Part shown: positions 51,401 through 61,359 of the stretch, piece after piece
Position numbering within the stretch: the first letter of the stretch is position 1
Layout of the letters: each line of letters begins with the position of its first letter
Assembly: GCA_002633005.1 (NCBI GenBank)
Contig: NMRA01001062.1
Location: 1 to 61,359 of the forward strand
Direction of reading: 5' to 3'
DNA: 61,359 nt
Source: Phoronis australis
Taxonomy: Eukaryota; Animalia; Phoronida
Notes under the pieces: model-generated
What the model was told of the DNA's origin: nothing
Seen by the model: the letters and a program-made list of their open reading frames with translations, nothing else
Database searches by the model: none
Position numbers and translations under genes: made by a program

Positions 51401-54400
51401 AGAGAAGTTGTTTGGTATTGCATGAAATGATTTACATTTAGTGCACTTTATTCATCCAAGTTATCACCAATATTGTTCTCAACACTTACCCTGAAATTTC
51501 CAAGAAAAATTCACTGTTCAGGCTTAATCCCAACAACCAATTTATACGTGAGAGGCTTCCTTAAAGGTGCCAGTGTCTTTGGCTGAGATTGATTGACATC
51601 ACTGGCTCTGCTGGGTCGAGCAGCCAAGACATATGATTGGTTCAATATGACAATTTCCGGCATACAGACCAGTCAGATGTTTCAGCTGGATGACCCAGTG
51701 GTACTGCCAAAGTCAATCACGTGCGGCTGTAGTGAACGATCATCTTGTGAAACATAGTAAGCAACTCGCTTACCTGTAGATAACAAATAATCAGCTTCAG
51801 TGGCAGTTTGCTGACGTATTCAGGAGACAATATACACTGCAGGTGACGTGAAATGTTTCTTTTGTCTCACGAACATTCTTCTATCATGCTTGTGTGAAAA
51901 AGTATTGAAGACATTTGTGTGAGCGAATCGTCTGTTCTCTAACTTTTTACTTTTAAACCCCAATTCATTTTCATGACAGTTTTGTCAGTTATTTGTATAT
52001 GAAATTAAAGAAACTCCATTGTGTTCCAATCGTATGAAATATTTGATGAACTGATTTTTCTGATATTTTAGATCTAGTTCCGTGGGCCAGCTTTGTTGAA
52101 ATGTTTTGTCCGGTGCTGTTGTGAGAATGCGGTGCTGTAAACTAAATGAAGACACTGGACAGTATACCTCGATCAAGTTTGCCAAGAATGAGGCAGCCTG
52201 CTCGGTGAACTTGTTTCCTGGAAACAGAAAGGATGAGACATTGATTAAAGATGGTTAAGGTTATAGTTTTGTTGGGACTACAGATAAGACCAGAAAACAT
52301 CTAGTTGCCTCTGGTCTGTACGTGACGACTTCTTTTAAGACCTGCACTCACAACTAATAAAAACGCCTGCCCTCATCAATTTCACCCGAGGTCTAGTGTT
52401 TTTTGAAATGCTTCGCAAGGGCACGTAAGCATGGGTAAGTAAGGTTTGAAATGACGTTATCTGCCAAGCGATGAGTAAAAAAGAAAATCAAAGATCATTA
52501 TTGCATGCCTCAGGTGGATTTCCTTTTTTTGAAAATATGAGCAACTATAAAAAGTACCACACCACCGACTCAATTTTCAAAACAAAAAAACAGAAACAAC
52601 TAATATGCTTTTTGGCCTAATTGTTCTTTTGGCTTGCGTTAGGGTTATCTTGCCAAGAGTTGCGTTTTTTATGTGTTTTATTCGCAGTAAATTCTATTAT
52701 TTGATAAAATATGTGATGTAAAAAAGATTTTCAGAGATCTTAGACCAACCTCAGGTGCAGAGATACATGCTTAAAATGCAAGTGAGCCTAGCTCATAGCT
52801 CACTCTGTGGCTAAATAAACCGTGAGCACTTTGGCTCTTAGAGGATGAGACAAATATCTCACTTGTTCAATTTCAAGCACAAATCCTCACAGTATACAGG
52901 TAAGTTAAGTGCTTCAACTATTGCCTTCGGTAGCTAATGAACATTGTTTATTGCATCACCTGATAACAACGTCAAATCTCTTGCTCGCTCATTGTAACCT
53001 GAATGTATTACATTTGCTCTGATTATTACATGTCATTGTGCATTTTGTTTCGTTGTTTTCGTACGTGTACGTGTATGTGCAAAGCTTTCACTTGAGGCAG
53101 TCAGCTGAGCTTTTAACTCTCTATCTGTGCTCGGTCTTTTTAAACTTTGAATAAAAATGTAAGATGTTTTGAAAGTTAGATAAAAATGAGCAGAACTTGA
53201 TTGATGAGAATTACAACTCTGCATTTTGTTATGTTTGAACATAATAATGTGGATGGCATGAACATGAAATGAAACTTTTGTACAGTGTCATGTCTGATAT
53301 AGTGTACCTGTTGTCCCATTTTCTCGCCATTCATAAGCATTTGGTTTATTTACTTACCTTCTAAGCTCAAACTCTTTACGAGCTTATTTTCTTTAAGTAC
53401 TTCACATAAGATTTCAGCACCTTTTGTTCCAAGATTGTTCTCTGCAATTGTCTGAAAATGTGTTGAATGGCATTAACATAACTTAGTTATAAAATTGATA
53501 CATACTTGGCCCTTAATTTTAAATTTCTGTTTCTTAGATTATACTGTCTTATAAAGTTAACCTGATCAGGGGCTTTAATCTCTGTACTTGGAACATAATT
53601 AAATAACTGACCAATATGCATGGCAAGCTTTGAGTAAACTTTCAAATTTGTACTTAAATAACGCGACATGATTGATTGAATTTCGAGTCCGAGTTTTACT
53701 TCAGAGGTTAGATCTAGGACCTAGTTGCTCATTGTGTAATTGCATTTGCACAAACCTTATGCTCGAGCAATGTAACTATTGTGTTGGGACATTGTGCTTC
53801 AATGACCAGCTTCAATGGAATGAATTAAATTGTGAGTGAGTGGAGACAAATATCACTTTTATTAGGACTTCTTCTAGACAGTTAAAGTTACATTTCGCCC
53901 TGTGTAGCTGGCTAAAAAATGAAAATCAAGTCCAACTTTTCACTCTCATAAAATCGGTCTCATAACATCCTTACCCAATAGGATTCTATTTTCGTTGTCC
54001 ATGGGCAATGCTCTATGTTCACCAACCCCAATACAGTTTGAGGCGTTTTCTCGAGTAATGTTGATGGTTTCAATGTTGCTGTTGGTAACCAATATATTAT
54101 CCTATTGCTGTAAGGAATATTATGAGATCAGTTTTAGTAGAGTAAAAAGTCTAATCCGATTTTTGTTGAGCCTGCATAACAGAGTGAAATGAAAATTTAA
54201 AACATTTTGTGATAAATATGGTTTCACTCAAAATTTCCAACAGCCACACACTTCACAGAGCATTGACTTATCTCAGTTCTCTGTGAATTCGTCCTGGTGT
54301 TAAGATAAATGGTTTAAATTTGTACGGTGTGCTTGACTATTAAGAAATTTTAGCCTAAAATCTTGGTTTGTTCAATTGATCTGATGATTAAGTATTCATG

Positions 54401-56494
54401 AACTTGAGCAATGCTGACAATTAAAAGTGTGATTTATGACACCCAAGAGCATATGCCATGCAGAGGATTAATTTTGCTCATTTGTGTAATAAAGATTATT
54501 ATCTCACACTTGTATGATGGTCTAACTTTTTATGTTTTATTGCTTATTTAAAGTGAGAGTCATCCCAGTTGCTAAATCGATCATCTGTGCTGTAAGTAGC
54601 AATTCAGAAAGTGGACAGACCACTATTGAAGTGTACACTTTCCAAAGTCCACAGAAGTGATATGGTATTTTTGATTTCCCTAAAATCAGTGTACAATTTC
54701 GATGTGCAAGGATTTAAATCAGTGGTGTCACTACTTTGGCGAAACCCTTGCCTACATACATGTACTGTACTTGTAAAAAAACTGAGTGTCATTCATAGTA
54801 GACAACTGTTCTAAATGCAGCTGTGGATTGTTTGTCTATGATATGCTAAGAGTGATAATTTAACACAGTTCTTTTTGATGCTTGAATTGCAGTGTTTGAT
54901 AAAAGCATTTTTTGAAATATCAGGGTGCATATGAATCTGATCGCGTTTGTTAAATTTATACGCATTATCAATAAACGTGTAAATGCACCTGACTATGTTG
55001 CATTATTTATGATATTACTGTGCATCCATTACTTAGATAATTGCCGCTAGAACGAGATTGTTACAAAAAAAAACAAAAAGGGATAATTGTATAAAACATT
55101 AAAGCCGACATAAACGCATTTTTTGTCACAAAATAACTTTTGATTTATAGATTCATTTCAGTTGTGAAATGATCCCATTATCCTTAATCAAATTAGAGGT
55201 AATTCATGATCCGGGGCAGCACTGACACTTTGTTACAGTTCAAGATTGTGCTTCACAATTCAGTTTACCGTGTGGGGTCAATTTATGCGCAGAGCATGGT
55301 TTTGAGAAATAATGAACTGTCAATTTTTCATAGGTGGATCTACGGGGCTCAAGGAGGTCTAGACCCCCCATTTTTTCCCTAGATTTTAGTAATATCAAAT
55401 CTAGAATTTTCAAATTGTTGACTCGGACCCCCTTTTTAAAAAATCCTGGATTTGCCCCTGATTTTTTCCATGCCCAGAAACCACTTCGCATATGAACTAG
55501 GAACAACTTGTGATTAGAGTTATAACCCTAAGGGGTCGTAATCAAAAGATGGCTTCCTTGACGGACTGTGGGTTTGTTGGGGCGCTTTAGACGTTTACCA
55601 AACTGGTGATGTATAAATTTTCTTTTAGCATCTCGGCAATGTAAGAGGCCCCTTTGCCGTTGCTGTCCAAGTCGTTTGCTGTCAAGTCCAGGAGTTTCAC
55701 GCAGATGTTGCTCTGAAAATGTTCCAAATAATTGTCAATAGTCAATGGTACAACATTAACTTATCAAAGGTGTTTCGTTTGTCAGATTGACAGGGAGTAT
55801 GTTGATCCGCTTACAGAAGATTTCCCATTAAATCATCAAGAATGCGCTTTAATGAGTGCATTCCGGCAAAGTATGGAGGTGAGGACTTTCACGTGGTCCT
55901 CACTATACCAAACCTCTTGCCTGATCATGACATCGATCTCGTGTGATTCCGTTTCAAATAACAACGTGTTTTGGGAAGCACCTGTGAGTCCTGTATTCGA
56001 CGATATTCGCTGAAATTGTTCTTTTTGGTCTTCGTTCGAAGTGACACTTTTTCATGCGCTAAGTACTTACCAGTAATGCAGTACAACGCGCCTTAGCCCG
56101 TTACTTACCAGTAATGCAGTGCAAGGCGCCTTAGTCCCTTACTTACCAGTAATGTAGTGCAACGCGCCTTAGCCCGTTACTTACCAGTAATGCAGTGCAA
56201 GGCGCCTTAGTCCCTTACTTACCAGTAATGCATTACAACACGCCTTAGTCCCTTACTTACCAGTAATGCAGTACAACGCGCCTTAGTCCCTTACTTACCA
56301 GTAATGCAGTGCAACGCGCCTTAGCCCGTTACTTACCAGTAATGCAGTACAACGCGCCTTAGTCCCTCGCGACCCAAGATGATGATACCGCATCCTAACT
56401 TCAGCCGTCCTCAAACTCTTATAGAAGAGACTGGCCGGCACTACGCCCATACTTCGGCACGTGCACAAATAGGCAGCTTGGCTTATGTCACCGA
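45473..56494 (-). CDS. LRRC74: LRRC74A/B-like leucine-rich repeat protein with C-terminal EF-hand pair; 5' end incomplete
   Basis: Phase-compatible exons (56494)-56337, 55712-55599, 53451-53358, 52217-52168, 51394-51313, 50823-50738, 49695-49501, 49210-49115, 47986-47843, 47144-47031, 46489-46404 and 45746-45473. Motifs YLCTCRSMGVVP...HHLGSRGTKA, LDLSWNHLRQKGA, LNLAWNGL, DRDGSKSLTHQEF and DDDGDGEVDFGE. Confidence 0.9.
56063..56366 (-). repeat. 38-bp tandem array (8 units) made of an LRRC74 exon end plus its splice donor
   Basis: Minus-strand unit GGGACTAAGGCGCGTTGTACTGCATTACTG|GTAAGTAA. The second copy at 59669-59896 has 6 units. Confidence 0.93.
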
Positions 56495-57499
56495 NTCCAG
56501 CCCCAGCTATCCGTTAGAGATACGGTATAGATGGGCAACATCAACAACATTGTTGCAGCTACTGGTGGTACTAACTATAATTATAACGAATTTGCATCTG
56601 GCCAACGATAGGGTAACAAGGGAGTTCAGAAGTAAATGTCTATAACTAGCTAAGCTTTAAAATAGCGTACTAGCTCTCAAAAAGTAGTGTGTCGTGAATG
56701 TCTTAAAATCGACCAAGAAACAAAACAGCAGAAAATATGATTGTTATCTGCTATTTTGGTGTACTTGCTAGCATAGTAGGGTAAGGTGCAGGCATTTCAA
56801 ATTTCTAATTGAAGGTGATCGTAAAATGATTGTTGTTCATCCAGTGTCCACTTTCATGGTGGATTGGTGGGTTGAAATGCATGCGCGTGTACACGTTTGT
56901 GCGTTTTCATGCTTTTAAATCCAGTACACGCCGACGATAAGTTCCCTATAGGCAATCTTCTGTCGTTGCTCAAACAAAAACCAGTCACTTACTACCGTAT
57001 GTTCTTGCACTGAGGAAACGAGCATGTTCACAGTATTAGGGAATCTTTGAACAAAGAAGAAAGTGTTCCCTTGTCCATCTGCGACAATGGTGCACAGCCT
57101 CGCAGAGTTCACGAGCAACAAACTTGATGCAACAGATTTCCAAGGTTACGTGTCACTATTCCGATGGTTCACTTCTCGCAAAGTCCATTACTCTGAAGTT
57201 TCACAACTCCGACAATTCGTTACTCTGATTGTCTGCTAATGAGTCGAAACTGACATGAATGAAATATTGTTTTTTGTCCATTTAGTAACCGTTGCATACC
57301 TTTTGACTTAATTTGTGAAGACTGGCAGAGACAGGGTAGCCTTCTAAGTACATTTAGTTTTCCACCAGTTCCGTAGAGCGAGGTAATAACTCATCAATAT
57401 CCCTATGTACTTCGTATTCTTTTAAAAGGATAGTAAACCCTGTGATGATTTCCACCAATCTTCGTTCCGTCACCTGCTGATGCATCTCTAGTGTCAACT

Positions 57500-58135
57500 A
57501 TCTTCCCGCAAGTTAAAAGTATACCAAACCGTTTTATCCTATTAACAGATACTAAAAATGACTTTCCCATCCAGTTCTTTGAAAGGAAATTATGCTCTGT
57601 AACGCCGGATCGACAACTCTCTAAAGTTTTGAGGAAAATCAGAAAACTTCTTACAAATTCTGACAAATATGCAAGCGTTACCTACGCTTTTAGCGAGTTA
57701 AACGGCATCTGTGGGAAAAGACCACTAAGGACCATAATGTCCAATTCATGAGATAGTGTTGATTGCTGCTTTATCTTTCAAGATTGACGCCAATGATGCA
57801 ACAGCAAGTGAGAGAACGAGGATTCGTTGAAATCATCAAAATAAGGTTTAGAATCCTTTTTAAGGAAGGAATCACGTGAAAATTCATACACCCCTTGTCA
57901 TAGTTTGGACAATATGTCCCTTGGTGGGTGGACCTTTCCCACAGTTGCCGCCTAATTCGTAAAAAACCGTAGGTTACGCTTGCTTAGTCGTTTAGCAAAC
58001 TTTGAGAGGAGTGTTCAAAATTTTCAGCAAACTTTTGAGGGTTGTCATTGGTTACAGAGTATTATTTTGTTTTAGAAAACTGGATGGGAAAGTCATTTTT
58101 AGTATCTGTTAATAGGCCAAACTTGGATTTCCTTT
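57500..58135. mobile_element. Foldback/MITE with long imperfect inverted repeats
   Basis: TATTAACAGATACTAAAAATGACTTTCCCATCCAGTT (~57540) is the reverse complement of ~58078-58114. Further inverted matches lie at ~57670-57750 versus ~57900-57985. Confidence 0.75.
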
Positions 58136-59198
58136 TAAAAATGCTAGAACGTAGTTTTCCGTATTCGTAAGACATTCGTATGCGCATGAAATCAATAGTA
58201 TGCGGACGTTGTTTTTTGGTGTAGGTACACCACTCACAGCATCTAATAACCGAAGTATCGTTTACTTTTGCATGCAAAAGTATAAAAATTAAACCGGGCT
58301 CGAAAATTTAGATATTTTCGGAGTAGTGAACCTTCGGAGTAGTACACCTTCACAATAGTGTGCTATGCCCATTTCCAGCGATGTAAGTAACATGCAAAAT
58401 ACAACCAGATAAAAATTACGTCAAGTCATTCTCAAACTAAACAATCACGTCTAAATATGTATTTAAGCACGCCTGATTTGAAAGTTTGGCGGGTCGACCT
58501 ATGCAAAATATCAAAGGTCCAATGTTCCAGATATTCGAACCACCCCCTGCGCAATGCTGGCTACGGGCCTGTACTGAAGCTTCAAGAACAAACACGCTGT
58601 TTCACACAAGGAAGTTAAAATTATACATACTAATAATCAAAGAAATTAAATTCTTTTCAACTGGATTACTAAAAATCGTAAAAGCCCTCGGGAGCGTCCC
58701 TTCTTAAGGAACTTTCCTGGATGGGTAAAGATTTACATTTCAAGATACGCATACTTAAGTTCAACAGGTTGTCAACTGAATTTGGTTGCCACTATTGTCA
58801 TCCCAAGTCATCCCCATCCAATCGCCAATCTGAGTCCCCCCTCCCTTGCAATAGGCATCCCACTTCCCAAGCGGTATGAATTCTTTGTACGAAAGTAATT
58901 CCTTTTCATATGACTTGTACGTACATACTTGTACGCTTCTTTGGTTTGGAGATAGAAACACCNCCCCCCATTTTTTCCCTAGATTTTAGTAATATCAAAT
59001 CTAGAATTTTCAAATTGTTGACTCGGACCCCCTTTTTAAAAAATCCTGGATCCGCCCCTGATTTTTTCCATGCCCTGAAACCACTTCGCATATGAACTAG
59101 GAACAACCTGTGATTAGATTTATAACCGTAAGGGGTCGTAATCAAAAGATGGCTTCCTTGACGGAATGTGGGTTTGTTGCGGCGCTTTAGACGTTTAC

Positions 59199-60042
59199 CA
59201 AACTGGTGATGTATAAGTTTTCTTTCAGCATCTCTGCAATGTAAGAGGCCCCTTTGCCGTTGCTGTCCAAGTCGTTTGCTGTCAAGTCCAGGAGTTTCAC
59301 GCAGATGTTGCTCTGAAAATGTTTCAATTAATTATCAATAGTCAATGGTACAACGTTAACTTATCAAAGGTGTTTCGTTTGTCAGTTTGACAGGGAGTAT
59401 GTTGATCCGCTTACAAAAGATTTCCCATTAAATCATCAAAATGCGCTTTAATGAGTGCATTCCGGCAAAGTATGGAGGTGAGGACTTTGGCACGTGGTCC
59501 TCACTATACCAAACCTCTTGCCTGATCATGACATCGATCTCGTGTGATTCCGTTTCAAATAACAACGTGTTTTATGTTAGGAAGCACCTGTGAGTCCTGT
59601 ATTCGACGATATTCGCTAAAATTGTTCTTTTTGGTCTTCGATCGAAGTGACACTTTTTCATGCGCTAAGTACTTACCAGTAATGCAGTACAACGCGCGTT
59701 AGCCCGTTACTTACCAGTAATGTAGTGCAAGGCGCCTTAGTCCCTTACTTACCAGTAATGTAGTGCAACGCGCCTTAGCCCGTTACTTACCAGTAATGCA
59801 GTGCAAGGCGCCTTAGTCCCTTACTTACCAGTAATGTAGTGCAACGCGCCTTAGCCCGTTACTTACCAGTAATGCAGTACAACACGCCTTAGTCCCTCGC
59901 GACCCAAGATGATGATACCGCATCCTAACTTCAGCCGTCCTCAAACTCTTATAGAAGAGACTGGCCGGCACTACGCCCATACTTCGGCACGTGCACAAAT
60001 AGGCAGCTTGGCTTATGTCACCGAGGTCTTCTTCCTCCTCAA
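59199..60042 (-). CDS. LRRC74: Duplicate (probably allelic) copy of two LRRC74-like exons
   Basis: Exons 60042-59867 (EEEEDLGDISQAAYL...TALL) and 59312-59199 (SNICVKLLDL...YITSL), inside the 58964-61359 duplicate of ~55364-57724. Confidence 0.75.
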
Positions 60043-61359
60043 CTAAAGCAAGTCACGAGACAATTTATTCGCAAAACACCTTGTCAGTNAACCCCCCCTT
60101 CCCCGGCCTCCCGCGGCCGGGAAAAGGTCCAGCCCCAGCCATCCGTTAGAGATACGGTATAGATGGGCAACATCAACAACATTGTTGCAGCTACTGGTGG
60201 TACTAACTATAATTATAACGAATTTGCTTCTGGCCAACTATAGGGTCACAAGGGAGTTCAGAAGTAAATGTCTATAACTAGCTAAGCTTTAAAATAGCGT
60301 ACTAGCTCTCAAAAAGTAGTGCGTCGTGAATGTCTTAAAATCGACCAAGAAACAAAACGGCAGAAAATACGATTGTTATCTGCTATTTTGGTGTACTTGC
60401 TAGCATAGTAGGGTAAGGTGCAGGCATTTCAAATTTCTAATTGAAGGTGATCGTCAAATGATTGTTGTTCATACAGTGTCCACTTTCATGGTGGATTGGT
60501 GGATTGAAATGCATGCGCGTGTACACGTTTGTGCGTTTTCATGCTTTTAAATCCAGCACACGCCGACGGTAAGTTCCCTATATGCAATCTTCTGTCGTTG
60601 CTCAAACAAAAACCAGACACTTTCTACCGTATGTTCTTGCACTGAGGAAACGAGCATTATCACAGTATTATAGGGAATCTTTGATCAAAGAAGAAAGTGT
60701 TCCCTTGTCCATCTGCGACAATGGTGCACAGCCTCGCAGAGTTTACGAGCAACAAACTTGATGCAAAAGATTTGCAAGGTTACGTGTCACTATTCCGAAG
60801 GTTCACTTCTCGCAAAGTCCATTACTCTGAAGTTTCACTACTCCGACAATTCATTACTCTGATTGTCTGCTAATGAGTCGAAACTGACATGAATGAAATA
60901 TTGTTTTTTTTTTGTCATTTGTAATCATTGCATACCTTTTGACTTTGTGAAGACAGACAGGGACAGGGTACTAGCCTTCTAAGTACATTTAGTTTCTTCC
61001 ACCAGTTGTGTAGAGTGAGGTAATAACTCATCAATATCCCTATGTACTTCGTATTCTTTTAAAAGGATGGTAAACCCTGTGATGATTTCCACCAATCTTC
61101 GTTCCGTCACCTGCTGATGCATCTCTGGTGTCAACTATCTTCCAAGTTAAAAGTATACCAAACCGTTTTATCCTATTAACAGATACACAAAACGACTTTC
61201 CCATCCAGTTCTCTAAAACGAAATAATGCTCTGTAACGCCGGATCGACAACCCTCTAATGTTTTGAGGAAAATCAGAAAACTCCTTACAAATTCTGACAA
61301 ATATGCAAGCGTTACCTACGCTTTTAGCGAGTTAAACGGCATCTGTGGGAAAAGACCAC

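Noticed and set aside
55364-61359. Apparent LRRC74 exon duplication
   Set aside because: A 3.6-kb-offset duplicate starting at N 58963 with allele-level divergence; treated as a haplotig rather than a true exon duplication.

Overview
Eukaryotic, intron-containing and repeat-rich animal DNA, probably a marine invertebrate draft assembly (inference), with one 691-nt N gap and several single-N joins flanked by near-duplicate (likely haplotypic) sequence. Host genes, left to right: three tandem secreted/GPI-type TIMP/NTR-fold-like paralogs (the middle one chimeric), an unknown 275-aa ORF, an F-box/LRR-like gene, a 5-exon torsin-1-like AAA+ gene (-), an 8-exon OCIAD1/asrij-like gene (+) and an LRRC74-like LRR + EF-hand gene (-). 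The most notable feature is a cluster of LTR elements around the divergent torsin/OCIAD region. One is a non-coding TRIM-like element with 247-bp LTRs, a tRNA-Ser-like PBS and a PPT. The other two are related but diverged LTR elements whose only recognisable cargo is a TatD-family nuclease gene, preceded by a C2H2-like zinc finger in the longer copy. They point to a TatD-carrying LTR retrotransposon lineage.
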